Part shown: piece after piece, positions 50,741-64,000 of the stretch
Layout: each line of letters starts with the position of its first letter
Position numbering within the stretch: the first letter of the stretch is position 1
From: Macrostomum lignano
Lineage: Eukaryota
DNA: 64,000 nt
Assembly: GCA_002269645.1 (NCBI GenBank)
Contig: NIVC01001799.1
Span: forward strand, 62,001-126,000
Direction of reading: 5' to 3'
Program-made: the position numbers and the translations under genes
Notes under the pieces: generated by a model
The model's database searches: none
Told to the model about the DNA's origin: nothing
Seen by the model: only the letters and a program-made list of their open reading frames with translations

Positions 50741-51469
50741 ACCGCAGAGACAGGCTTTTAAAACTGTAAAAAATATACCTCAAAATCCATCTTCAGTGTC
50801 TAAAATTCCTGGGTGCCTTGCCAAGCGTAAAGGGACTTATTTCCAGGAAACTTCCCAATCCGACCCCCACCGCGGATTGCCCCTCGGGTGTGGAGTGAGG
50901 ACGAGGAGGAGGGGACTAAACTTGGGGATCAGCCTCTGCTGCTTTTATCTCTCGCGGGGATTCGGAGCAGCCGAAGTGATGCAACGTCAATAATGCGGCT
51001 TGGGGATCACATCGGATGGCCTGCTGGGGAAGAGGGGCCTTGGAAACTAAGGTTTTTTCTCGTATGCCACTGCAGCTCAGAATAGTGCAAGGCGCGCGGT
51101 TGACCCGTTCTGCAGCTGGGAGAGACTGCTTTGACTTGACCATCCCGCGGGGAGTTGTGGGGCTGCAGTGCTGCCCTGGCTGAGCCGACAATGTATGTTG
51201 CCGCGAAATTCAAGTTTCGTTCAATTTTGACTTTAATTTTTGTGATAGCACAAAAAATTATAAATTGGATTTTACGGCATCGCTAGCAACTATATTAAGG
51301 TTTAATTAAGGCACTGCTCAGAGTTGCCAAATAAAAAAGGGGACTGATGCAACAGGCACTGTAGGAAAAGTACATCCCATGGAAGATGCTGTCGATTTAT
51401 TATAGAGGTGGAGACGTAAGTAAAATTTATGATAGGCAGGATTGGGTAGTTAAGGAGGGGGAGAAGTAG

Positions 51470-51880
51470 CTCGTAGAGAGGGGAGAGGTAGAGAGGCGAG
51501 GGGTAGAGGGGAGAGGTAGAGGGGAGAGGTAGAGAGGGGAGAGGTATGTAGGGGAGAAGTAGACGGCAGAGGTAGAGGGGAGAGGTAGAGAGGGGAGAGG
51601 TATGTAGGGGAGAAGTAGACGGCAGAGAAGTAGAGAAGGGAGAAGTAGAGAGGAGAGAGGTAGGTAAGAGAAAGATAGACAAGAGAGAGGTAGACAGGAG
51701 AGAGGTAGACAAGAGAGAGGAAGACAAGAGAGAGGTAGACAGGAGAGAGGTAGACAAGAGAGAGGTAAACGGGAGAGAAAAAGAGGGTTAAGTAGACTGG
51801 AAAGAAATAATGAGAAGTGCAGTAAGATGGGGAGGGGTAGAGAGGGAGAGGTGGAGAGGGGAAAGGTAGAGTGTGAAGAG
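51470..51880. repeat. Polypurine low-complexity tract (GGAGAGGTAGA-like)
   Basis: Seen directly. Confidence 0.8.
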
Positions 51881-52196
51881 GCAGAGATTGTGATTGAACA
51901 AGTGCACCCGGCTGCTCAAGTCGCACGGCCCCAATCCACAGCTGCAAAGAAAACTCGATGCAATTTGGTGCCTTAAAGCGACTTGAGGAACTTGCTTAAG
52001 ACGACGATTCTGTCATGAAATTGTTGCCATGCCAGTCACGTCCGCCAGCAGGCCAATCAGCTGGAAGTGAAACTTTCTGCTCCCCTGGTACTGCCCACAG
52101 AATCTGATCTCTACGTGTACTCCGGTGACCTGGGTCTTATGGGTGCTTGCTTTTTCTGGACCGGCTTTCGGTAGAGGGAACATGACAGACAGATAG

Positions 52197-52650
<454 letters not shown>

Positions 52651-53039
52651 ACCGATAGCGGCAAGCCGCAGGCATTATCAAGCACTGAATCGGGCTCCAC
52701 ACGGCGGGAGCAGCTCATTCAGTTTCGAATATCTGAGCCGATCAGGGCTCATAAACCAGTTGGCTTTCGCGGGAGCCCCCGAGGGCGCCTGATCGAAACT
52801 GAGGCGATCGGGTCGAGCCTTCCGCTCCCGCTGCCGGGGAAATGTCTCCAGCCTATCCTGGGAAATAAATCATGGTTTTGTGTTCAAGAGAAGCAGCCCA
52901 GTTTTTCTTTTGAGCTGTATAAAAGAAATAATAATTTTTTGTATTTGCTCAAGGGAAACAGTCAAGTGGAAAGGCCTAGGTAGAAAGCCAAGATAATTAA
53001 GTGAGCTGTGATCTATCTGGAAATCTAGGAATCCTGGGA

Positions 53040-53730
<691 letters not shown>

Positions 53731-54142
53731 ATATTATATCAAGGGTCTTATTCTCTAATGTTTTATATATCGATAGTTACTGATATCCCATTATTCTCAA
53801 TTTTCTACTTGATTGAGTTTGCAGCCTCAGGCCAGCACTTGTCTAAAGCGCTGGAGCCCAAATGAGCTCAGAGAGAGCGGAGCTGGCAAGTAGGCAAGAG
53901 CCGAGAGAGCATCAAGAAGCATGGAGAGGTCAGCTGTGGTCACAAGATGCTGATTTAATCGACCCCCTTGTAAAAGACAGCTTGATGCTGGCAGTTGTCA
54001 TGGCAACAAGGTTTGATAAATTTTTAACTGTTAAAATTTTCTAAAAAAGGGTAGGAAAAGACAGATTGGGAGACAGGGGCAGCCAATCCATTCGGAGAAG
54101 ATCCTCATTGGTTCTCATAGGCGATAATTGCAAGCCCCAGGT

Positions 54143-56059
54143 ATGGGAAAGGGGTACCCGACTGCGCTGCAGCCAGAAGACCGAGAGCCAGACAAAGAAG
54201 AAAGCATGGACCAGCAGCAGGTCAACTGCCTGTCGGTGGCACCGTCGAACTACACGGATGTGCTGCACTACAAGCCTCTCAGAGCCGCTCTCGCGCTGGC
54301 GTGGACAGGCGTCGGGCTGATGATGTTCGCAGGAAATCTGCTGGTGATCATCACAGTCTGGCTGAATAAAGCGATGCACACGCCTACGAACTGGTACATC
54401 TTGAATCTGGCTGTCACGGATCTGCTGGCCTCGGTTGTGGTTGTACCGTTCAAAGGTCTGCAGCTGATGGGGCCGTGCTGGATGGCCGCGGCCGTGTTCA
54501 ACAGAGTCGGCTGTCCGCTCATCAGCTTCTTCCTGATGCTGCTGGTGTTCACGAGCCTGCTCACCCTGGTTGCCATCTGCATTGAGCGGTGAGTGGGATC
54601 TGGGTTTCTTCCGAGTAAGGGATTATCTCACTTCCTCCTCATGAGGATGGAGATCCCTCTCATCTCCATCCTCACGAAAGGAAAACTGAGAGTGACTAGA
54701 CTGGGAGTGACTGAGAATAGAGAGAGAGAGAGTGACTAGACTGGGAGTGACTGAGAATAGTGAGAGAGTGACTAGACTGGGAGTGACTGAGAATAGAGAG
54801 AGAGTGACTAGACTGGGAGTGACTGAGAATAGTGAGAGAGTGACTAGACTGGGAGTGACTGAGAATAGTGAGAGAGTGACTAGACTGGGAGTGACTGAGA
54901 ATAGAGAGAGAGTGACAAGACTGGGAGTGACTGAGAACAGTGAGAGAGTGACTAGACTGGGAGTGACTGAGAATAGTGAGAGAGTGACTAGACTGGGAGT
55001 GACTGAGAATAGAGAGAGAGTGACTAGACTGGGAGTGACTGAGAATAGTGAGAGAGTGACTAGACTGGGAGTGACTGAGAATAGAGAGAGAGTGACAAGA
55101 CTGGGAGTGACTGAGAATAGTGAGAGAGTGACTAGACTGGGAGTGAATGAGAATAGTGAGAGAGTGACTAGACTGGGAGTGACTGAGAATAGAGAGAGAG
55201 TGACAAGACTGGGAGTGACTGAGAATAGTGAGAGAGTGACTAGACTGGGAGTGAATGAGAATAGTGAGAGAGTGACAAGACTGGGAGTGACTGAGAATAG
55301 TGAGAGAGTGACTAGACTGGGAGTGACTGAGAATAGAGAGAGAGTGACTAGACTGGGAGTGACTGAGAATAGAGAGAGAGTGATAAGACTGGGAGTGACT
55401 GAGAATAGTGAGAGAGTGACTAGACTGGGAGTGACTAAGAATAGTGAGAGAGTGACTAGACTGGGAGTGACTGAGAATAGTGAGAGAGTGACTAGACTGG
55501 GAGTGACTGAGAATAGTGAGAGAGTGACTAGACTGGGACTGACTGAAAATAGAGAGAGAGTGACAAGACTGGGAGTGACTGAGAATAGTGAGAGAGTGAC
55601 TAGACTGGGAGTGACTGAGAATAGTGAGAGAGTGACTAGACTGGGAGTGACTGAGAATAGAGAGAGAGTGACTAGACTGGGAGTGACTGAGAATAGTGAG
55701 AGAGTGACTAGACTGGGAGTGACTGAGAATAGAGAGAGAGTGACAAGACTGGGAGTGACTGAGAATAGTGAGAGAGTGACAAGACTGGGAGTGACTGAGA
55801 ATAGTGAGAGAGTGACTAGACTGGGAGTGACTGAGAATAGTGAGAGAGTGACTAGACTGGGAGTGACTGAGAATAGAGAGAGAGTGACAAGACTGGGAGT
55901 GACTGAGAATAGAGAGAGAGTGACAAGACTGGGAGTGACTGAGAATAGAGAGAGAGTGACTAGACTGGGAGTGACTGAGAATAGAGAGAGAGTGACAAGA
56001 CTGGGAGTGACTGAGAATAGTGAGAGAGTGACTAGACTGGGAGTGACTGAGAATAGAGA

Positions 56060-56115
<56 letters not shown>

Positions 56116-59100
56116 GAGAGAGAGAGAAGAGAGGTCACGGCGTGTTTAAAAAAATCAAAGACTTAATTAATTTAATATGGGCTACCGGTTTCGAGCCTCT
56201 GGGCTCTTCGTCAGGCCAAAAAATCTGTGTGTCATGCAATTCAAGTTGGTCTTTTAAGTATTATTTTTCTTAGTCTGATAGAATTGATGAGTAGTTGTAC
56301 ATATGAGGGATGTACATTTAAAACCCTGTTTTGCCTAGCTCTAACTTGTCCCAGAGGCTTTCCACCATTCATTTTAAACGACAGTATATTTGTTATAAAA
56401 AATTGTTATTTCGAAGTACTATACGATATGCGATACTATACGATTAGATGAAATGCCGGTATTGGGGGTAGGAGCATAAAAATCAATATTGAGCATACAA
56501 TTAAGCAGTTTGAATAAAATAAAATAAATGACACGTGAATAAATATTGTACTTTAATAGGGTAAAAATAGCGCATTGGTTAAAATGATTCAATGTTTCCT
56601 GGCTGAGACTTGAACTTATTGGGAGCCAGGAGGCTCTGTAAGTTACGTTGCCGTGTAAATGCGGGCATTATGCGGGAGCCTGGTTTATTTTGTAGCTTAT
56701 CAAAGTTTTTAGCAATCTCGTTGGCAAGTCAGACCGTAGATGGGTGAAAAGGAAGGACCATTGGGATGGGTCGGAGAAGATGATTGTCGACCCTGATGTT
56801 CGTACCTGGCGGTTTGTCAGTCCCTAGTCTAGCCAGTCACTAGGCAGCCTACTTTTATCGATTTTGATATTTAAGTGCCAGCTAAATCTAAAGTTGAAAT
56901 TCGATTGGCTAGATGGGTACAAGTGAGCAGTGAACGCAAACACAAGTATGAGAAGTATGAGATTGCTGGGTGTCAGGCTTAGCATCATTCTTAAAGCCAT
57001 AGTTTTAATTCTGAAATTTCGTCGAAGCATTGATTTCCCTATAAGAAGCTTCCGCTCCGAAGCCGCTTTCCTAACTAATCCTTTGAGAGTCTTTAGAACC
57101 TTTTAGGTATCTCAGTATCTCAGGCTTGATAAAGTATTTAGTATAAAGTTCTCAATGAACTTTCACCAGCACGACGACACAGTGGCAACTCTTTCTGCCC
57201 CTCTGCAGGCGCACAGTCCCCCTAAACCCTTTCTGCCCTTCTGCGTGCGCACAGCCCCCCCCCCCTAAACCCTTTCTGCCCCCTGCGTGCGCACAGCCCC
57301 CCCCAAACCCTTTCTGTCCCTCTGCGTGCGTACAGCCCCCCCAAACCCTTTCTGTCCCTCTGCGTGCGCACAGCCCCCCTAAACCCTTTCTGCCCCTCTG
57401 CGTGCGCACAGCCCCCCCAAACCCTTTCTGTCCCTCTGCGTGCGCACAGCCCCCTTAAACCCTTTCTGCCCCTCTGCGTGCGCACAGCCCCCTCCAAACC
57501 CTTTCTGTCCCTCTGCATGCGGACAACCCCCCCCCCCCACCAAAAAACACCTACTCCCCTACTCTCACCCCTAACCCGAGTGCGCATTCCACAAAATAGA
57601 ATATGTGTACAACTGCGAACTTTTCACAACCCCCTCAACTTGCAGTTTCCTGGCAATCGTGCACCCGCTGCGCAGCAGGCTATTTCAATCGAATCGTCGC
57701 ACCTGCCTATTCATTTTGCTTACCTGGGCTGTGCGAGCGCCTTCTGCCTCGTGCAGGCTCTGCACGCCAAGCCGACACCATTCTATGGGGTGAGTCAGTA
57801 CGGCGAGATGCGCAACCAGCATTGCCTGGATAGCCTGGACAATGTCGGCCGAAATGTCTACGTGCTGTCCTCGTTCGTCCTGCTGTTCCTGTGCCCCCTG
57901 CTGGTCGTGGCCTACACCTCCTGCGCCATCGTGCTGGCTCTAGTTCGACCCGCTCCAGTTCAACTCGAAGCCTGTCCGGGCGGCGGCGCCAGCGGCGGCA
58001 GCGGCGGAGGCGGAGGAGCCGGCGGCGGAAGCAACAGAGAGGAGAGCAAGCGGAAGGTAGTCTCAGCATCTGGTTGAATCTGACCCAAATAATTTCATAC
58101 TTAAGGAATATAATGCATAGAGAATCTCATCTTGGAGAATCTTACCTGGGAATCTCACCCTATAGAATCTCACCCCATAGAATCTCACCCTATAGAATCT
58201 CACCCTATAGAATCTCACCCTATAGAATCTTACCCTATAGAATCTCACCCCATAGAATCTCACCCTATAGAATCTCACCCTATAGAATCTCACCCTATAG
58301 AATCTCACCCTATAGAAACTCAACCTATAGAATCTCACCGAAGATAATCTCACCCTAGAAATCCCTAGAAATAGAGATTCTCGTCATAGATCACCGTAAT
58401 CACCGTAGATCACCTAAGATAATCTCACCGCAGATAATCTCACCCTAGAATATCTCACCCGAGAGAATCTTAACCCAGTGAATCTCAACCCTATCTATTC
58501 CCATTACTGCTTTGAAACGATGCAATTAAAAAATCAATCCTAAGCTCCTAATTAGCAACGGGCACAGGCCAGCACAGTCCAACTCGAAGATCCCACGATC
58601 AAAGAACACTTTGAGGCCGCGATCGATCTGCAAAACAACTTAAACTCTTTGGCTTGCCCTGCCTCAGTGGTTCCCGAGCTTCCACTCTGGCAAAAAACGG
58701 TGTTTTGAAATTCGAATCTTACAGAGCGAAAACAGAATGGCCATTCGGGAGAAAATCTTACGGAATAAAATTTCCCGATAAACTTTCGAAGCGGCCGACG
58801 GGGATGGGATGGTCCGAGATGCACACATGCAGCTTCACACTGAACCCTCAGGCTCTTACAATCCCGCTTCATCAAGCGCGTCTAAGAGAAGTTTCTCAAA
58901 TTTCTCAAATTTCCAAACTTGCTCAGAAATAGAAATTGACAGCTCCCTTCTGAATAAGCGAGTGCTCAAGCTGTGTGCTTCCAAGCCCCCGAGGCTGAAC
59001 ACTGAGATTATAGAAATCTAATTCTATCGTTCATTTTAACTCACAGGTGGCCAAGATGATGGTGGTGGTGGCCTGTCTGTACCTGGTGTCCTGGGTGCCC

Positions 59101-59562
59101 TGGTACTCAACTAACGTGATCGGCCTGGTGTACAAGAACATGTACGACAGGAACTACGGCTTGCTGATGGTGCTGCTGCATCTCATCGGCTTCGTGAACT
59201 CCATGAGCAACCCGATTGTGTACTATTTCATGTCGCAGAGGTTCCGTCTGGGGTACCGTCGGGCCCTTTGCTGCTGCTGTCCCGGCGCTGTCGGCGGCAG
59301 CAGCGGAGGCGGCGGCACCGTGAGCACCTACAGTCAGCACCACCAGCAGCTGCTCAAGCAGTCAACCACTCTGAAGTCGGCACCGATGCACAGACAACAG
59401 CGGAAGAGCACTGAAGAGTCCTCTGCGATCTTCTGCGAGAGGCAGGCGAAGGCCGATGACGGAGCTGGGAGCCGCGCGGAGCAGCACTTCGAGATGCAAT
59501 CCCGCTGCGGCCGCCCTGCCGACTGCGGCAGCGACTCCTTTCGCGATGACGGCTACGTCTGA
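54143..59562 (+). CDS. Class A (rhodopsin-like) peptide GPCR, 3 exons, one apparent 1-bp deletion in exon 2; start could be 54143 or 54206
   Basis: Exons 54143-54588, 57646-58056, 59047-59562. TM1 GN, TM2 LAVTD, TM3 ER|F, TM6 SWVPW, TM7 NPIVY. Adding one G at 57726-57728 (TWGCASAF) gives 458 codons. Ligand family not determinable. Confidence 0.9.
54684..56130. repeat. 36-bp minisatellite (GTGACTAGACTGGGAGTGACTGAGAATAGTGAGAGA) ending in (GA)n, GPCR intron 1
   Basis: About 38 copies; source of the 480- and 513-aa repeat ORFs. Confidence 0.95.
57200..57535. repeat. ~41-bp C-rich minisatellite (CCCCTAAACCCTTTCTGCCCCTCTGCGTGCGCACAGC), GPCR intron 1
   Basis: About 8 tandem copies. Confidence 0.88.
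58130..58480. repeat. 15-bp minisatellite (ATAGAATCTCACCCT), GPCR intron 2
   Basis: Tandem copies with degenerate edges. Confidence 0.9.
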
Positions 59563-61345
59563 CTGGGCTGACCAGAAATGACAACTGACCAGAAATAACA
59601 ACTGACCAGAACTGACACCTGACCAGAACTGACACCTGACCAGAACTGACACCTGACCAGAACTGACAACTGACCAGAAATGCCACCTGACCAGAACTGA
59701 CACCTGACCAAAATTGACACCTGACCAGAAATGACACCTGACCAGAAATAACACCTGACCAGAACTGACACCTGACCAGAACTGACACCTGACTAGAACT
59801 GACATCTGACCAGAAATGACACCTGACCAGAAATGACATCTTACCAGAACTGACACCTGACGAGAAATGATACCTGACAAGAAATGACATCTGACCAGAA
59901 CTGATATCTGACCAGAAATGACATCTGACCAGAACTGACACATGACCAGAAATGACACCTGACCAGAAATGACACCTGACCAGAAATGATACCTGACAAA
60001 AAATGACATCTGACCAGAAATGACACCTGACCAGAAATGACACCTGACCAGAACTGACACCTGACCAGAAATGATACCTGACAAAAAATGACATCTGACC
60101 AGAACTGACACCTGAGCAGAACTGACACCTGACTAGAACTGACATCTGACTAGAACTGACACATGACCAGAAATGACACCTGGCCAGAACTGACACCTGA
60201 CCAGAAATGATACCTGACAAAAAATGACATCTGACCAGAACTGACACCTGACCAGAACTGACACCTGACTAGAACTGACATCTGACCAGAACTGACACCT
60301 GACCAGAACTGACACCTGACCAGAAATGAAACCTGACCAGAAATGACATCTGACCAGAACTGACATCTGACCAGAACTGACATCTGACCAGAACTGACAC
60401 CTGACCAGAACTGACACCTGACTAGAACTGACTCCTGACCAGAACTGACACCTGACTAGAACTGATACCTGACCAGAACTGACACCTGAACAGAAATGAC
60501 ACCTGACCAGAAATGACATCTGACCAGAACTGACACCTGACCAGAAATGACATCTGACCAGAACTGACATCTGACCAGAACTGACATCTGACCAGAACTG
60601 ACACCTGACCAGAACTGACACCTGACCAGAACTGACTCCTGACCAGAACTGACACCTGACCAGAACTGACACCTGACCAGAAATGACATCTGACCAGAAA
60701 TGACACCTGACTAGAACTGACATTATCTGACCAGAACTGACACCTGACCAGAAATGACATCTGACCAGAACTGACACCTGACCAGAGCTGACACCTGACC
60801 AGAACTGACATCTGACCAGAACTGACACCTGACCAGAAATGACATCTGACCAGAACTGACACCTGACTAGAACTGACATCTGACCAGAACTGACATCTGA
60901 CCAGAACTGACACCTGACCAGAACTGACACCTGACTAGAACTGACACCTGACTAGAAATGACATCTGACCAGAACTGACACCTGACCAGAAATGACATCT
61001 GACCAGAACTGACACCTGACTAGAACTGACACCTGACTAGAACTGACATCTCACCAGAACTGACATCTGACCAGAACTGACACCTGACCAGAACTGACAC
61101 CTGACTAGAACTGACACCTGACTAGAACTGACATCTGACCAGAACTGACATCTGACCAGAACTGACACCTGACCAGAACTGACACCTGACTAGAACTGAC
61201 ACCTGACTAGAAATGACATCTGACCAGAACTGACACCTGACCAGAAATGACATCTGACCAGAACTGACACCTGACTAGAACTGACACCTGACTAGAAATG
61301 ACACCTGACCAGAACTGACACCTGACCAGAAATGACATCTTACAA
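59560..61345. repeat. 17-bp minisatellite (CTGACCAGAACTGACAC) starting at the GPCR stop codon
   Basis: About 100 copies; first units overlap or abut TGA 59560-59562. Confidence 0.96.
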
Positions 61346-61673
61346 GCAGTGACACCTGACAGTAAAATAGTCAAATGAGTCATTAAATTTTGCAGCCGCA
61401 GTTCTGCATGTACACTTATAGTCAAACCAGATGCACAATTAATTGCACGGTCGAAACTCAAAATTTCAAGCAGGCGCACCTTGGATGTCGCTTTAACTTC
61501 AAGCAATCATATCCCTGTTCTTTTTGTTATACACAAGCTACAGCCCAAAATTGGGCGTCTTGTCAACGTCTTATAATAAATCCTAAAACATTAACACCGC
61601 TTGCAGAAGTGCATAGGTGTTCCACTTAACTCATTACTTAACTAGAAACTTGTTCGACCTGTGACTGATCTCT

Positions 61674-62636
61674 ATGACTGAGGATGAATTCTATGACTGA
61701 GGATGAATTCTATGACTGAGGATGAATTCTATGACTGAGGATGAATTCTATGACTGAGGATGAATTCTATGACTGAGGATGAATTCTTTGACTGAGGATG
61801 AATTCTTTGACTGAGGATGAATTCTATGACTGAGGATGAATTCTATGACTGAGGATGAATTCTTTGACTGAGGATCAATTCTTTGACTGAGGATCAATTC
61901 TTTGACTGAGGATCAATTCTTTGACTGAGGATAAATTCTTTGACTGAGGATGAATTCTATGACTGAGGATGAATTCTTTGACTGAGGATCAATTCGATGA
62001 CTGAGGATCAATTCGATGACTGAGGATCAATTCGATGACTGAGGATGAATTCTTTGACTGAGGATCAATTCTATGACTGAGGATCAATTCTATGACTGAG
62101 GATGAATTCTATGACTGAGGATCAATTCTATGACTGAGGATCAATTCTATGACTGAGAATCAATTCTATGACTGAAGATCAATTCTATGACTGAGGATCA
62201 ATTCTATGACTGAGGATCAATTCGATGACTGAGGATCAATTCGATGACTGAGGATCAATTCTATGACTGAAGATCAATTCTATGACTGAGGATCAATTCT
62301 ATGACTGAGGATGAATTCTATGACTGAGGATCAATTCTATGACTGAGGATCAATTCGATGACTGAGGATCAATTCTATGACTGAGGATGAATTCTATGAC
62401 TGAGGATGAATTCTTTGACTGAGGATCAATTCTATGACTGAGGATCAATTCTATGACTGAGGATCAATTCTATGACTGATGATCAATTCTATGACTGATG
62501 ATCAGTTCTATGACTGAGGATCAGTTCGATAACTGAGAATGAATTCTATTATTGAGGATCAATTCTATGACTAAGGATCAATTTTATGACTGAAGATCAA
62601 TTCTATGACTGAGGATGAATTCTTTGACTGAGGATC
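61674..62636. repeat. 19-bp minisatellite (TATGACTGAGGATGAATTC / ...GATCAATTC)
   Basis: About 50 copies. Confidence 0.95.
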
Positions 62637-62807
62637 ATATTATATATGTTAAAAAATTTTACGAGCTAAGGAACTCATGCTCAATGACGTTTTTCTCATC
62701 TATATTAAACATCCATGTTCTGTGCGGATTATGGAAAATCGCTTTTGTAGACATTTTCCTGGAGAGAATAATCGCATATCCAGTGAATAAAGACTACAGC
62801 TTCTTAA

Positions 62808-64000
62808 GAACTCGAAACTTCAGGAACTCGAAACTTCAGGAACTCGAAACTTCAGGAACTCGAAGCTTCAGGAACTCAAAACTTAAGGAACTCAAACTTC
62901 AGGAACTCGAAACTTCAGGAACTCGAAACTTCAGGAACTCGAAACTTCAGGAACTCAAACTTCAGGAACTCGAAACTTCAGGAACTCGAAACTTCAGGAA
63001 CTCGAAACTTCAGGAACTCGAAACTTCAGGAACTCGAAACTTCAGGAACTCAAACTTCAGGAACTCGAAACTTCAGGAACTCGAAACTTCAGGAACTCGA
63101 AACTTCAGGAACTCGAAACTTCAGGAACTCGAAACTTCAGGAACTCGAAACTTCAGGAACTCGAAACTTCAGGAACTCAAACTTCAGGAACTCGAAACTT
63201 CAGGAACTCGAAACTTCAGGAACTCAAACTTCAGGAACTCGAAGCTTCAGGAACTCGAAACTTAAGGAACTCGAAACTTCAGGCACTCGAAGCTTCAGGA
63301 ACTCGAAACTTCAGGAACTCAAACTTCAGGAACTCGAAGCTTCAGGAACTCGAAACTTCAGGCACTCGAAACTTCAGGCACTCGAAACTTCAGGAACTCG
63401 AAACTTAAGGAACTTGAAACTTCAGGCACTCGAAACTTCAGGAACTCGAAACTTCAGGAACTCGAAACTTCAGGAACTCGAAACTTCAGGAACTCGAAAC
63501 TTCAGGAACTCGAAACTTCAGGAACTCAAACTTCAGGAACTCAAAGCTTCAGGAACTCGAAACTTAAGGAACTTGAAACTTCAGGCACTCGAAACTTCAG
63601 GAACTCGAAACTTCAGGAACTCGAAACTTCAGGAACTCGAAACTTCAGGAACTCGAAACTTCAGGAACTCAAACTTCAGGAACTCAAACTTCAGGAACTC
63701 GAAACTTCAGGAACTCAAACTTCAGGAACTCGAAACTTCAGGAACTCAAACTTCAGGAACTCAAACTTCAGGAACTCGAAACTTCAGGAACTTGAAACTT
63801 CAGGAACTCGAAACTTCAGGAACTCGAAACTTCAGGAACTCGAAACTTAAGGAACTTGAAACTTCAGGCACTCGAAACTTCAGGAACTCGAAACTTCAGG
63901 AACTCAAACTTCAGGAACTCAAACTTCAGGAACTCGAAACTTCAGGAACTTGAAACTTCAGGAACTCGAAACTTCAGGAACTCGAAACTTCAGGAACTCG
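62808..64000. repeat. 16/15-bp minisatellite (CAGGAACTCGAAACTT), runs off the right edge
   Basis: Tandem copies; source of the QELETSGT ORFs. Confidence 0.95.

Overview
Eukaryotic (animal) genomic DNA: GC-rich exons separated by GT-AG introns that are mostly filled with minisatellites. This style resembles the flatworm Macrostomum lignano, but that is an inference and not shown by the sequence. Host genes I can reconstruct: a 4-exon polypeptide GalNAc-transferase (minus), a single-exon dynein light chain (LC8-type domain) protein (plus), a 2-exon VGLL4/Tgi-like protein with two TONDU motifs (minus), two tandem intronless Gln-rich paralogs sharing unrecognised N- and C-terminal motifs (minus), a complete 9-exon coatomer alpha (COPA, plus) and a 3-exon class A peptide GPCR (plus). 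Mobile DNA: a full-length 5.4-kb APE-RT-RNaseH non-LTR retrotransposon with a 13-bp TSD and a TAATG stop-start junction, a tRNA-headed SINE with TSD, a Mutator-type MITE with a 9-bp TSD, and a decayed LINE fragment. More than 25 tandem arrays produce most of the long ORFs in the supplied track, which I treat as artefacts. Four otherwise intact frames are each broken by one missing base in a G/C run, probably consensus errors. Most interesting: the twin Gln-rich protein family, sharply bounded CpG-void islands, and the organisation of the intronic minisatellites. All counts were made by eye.
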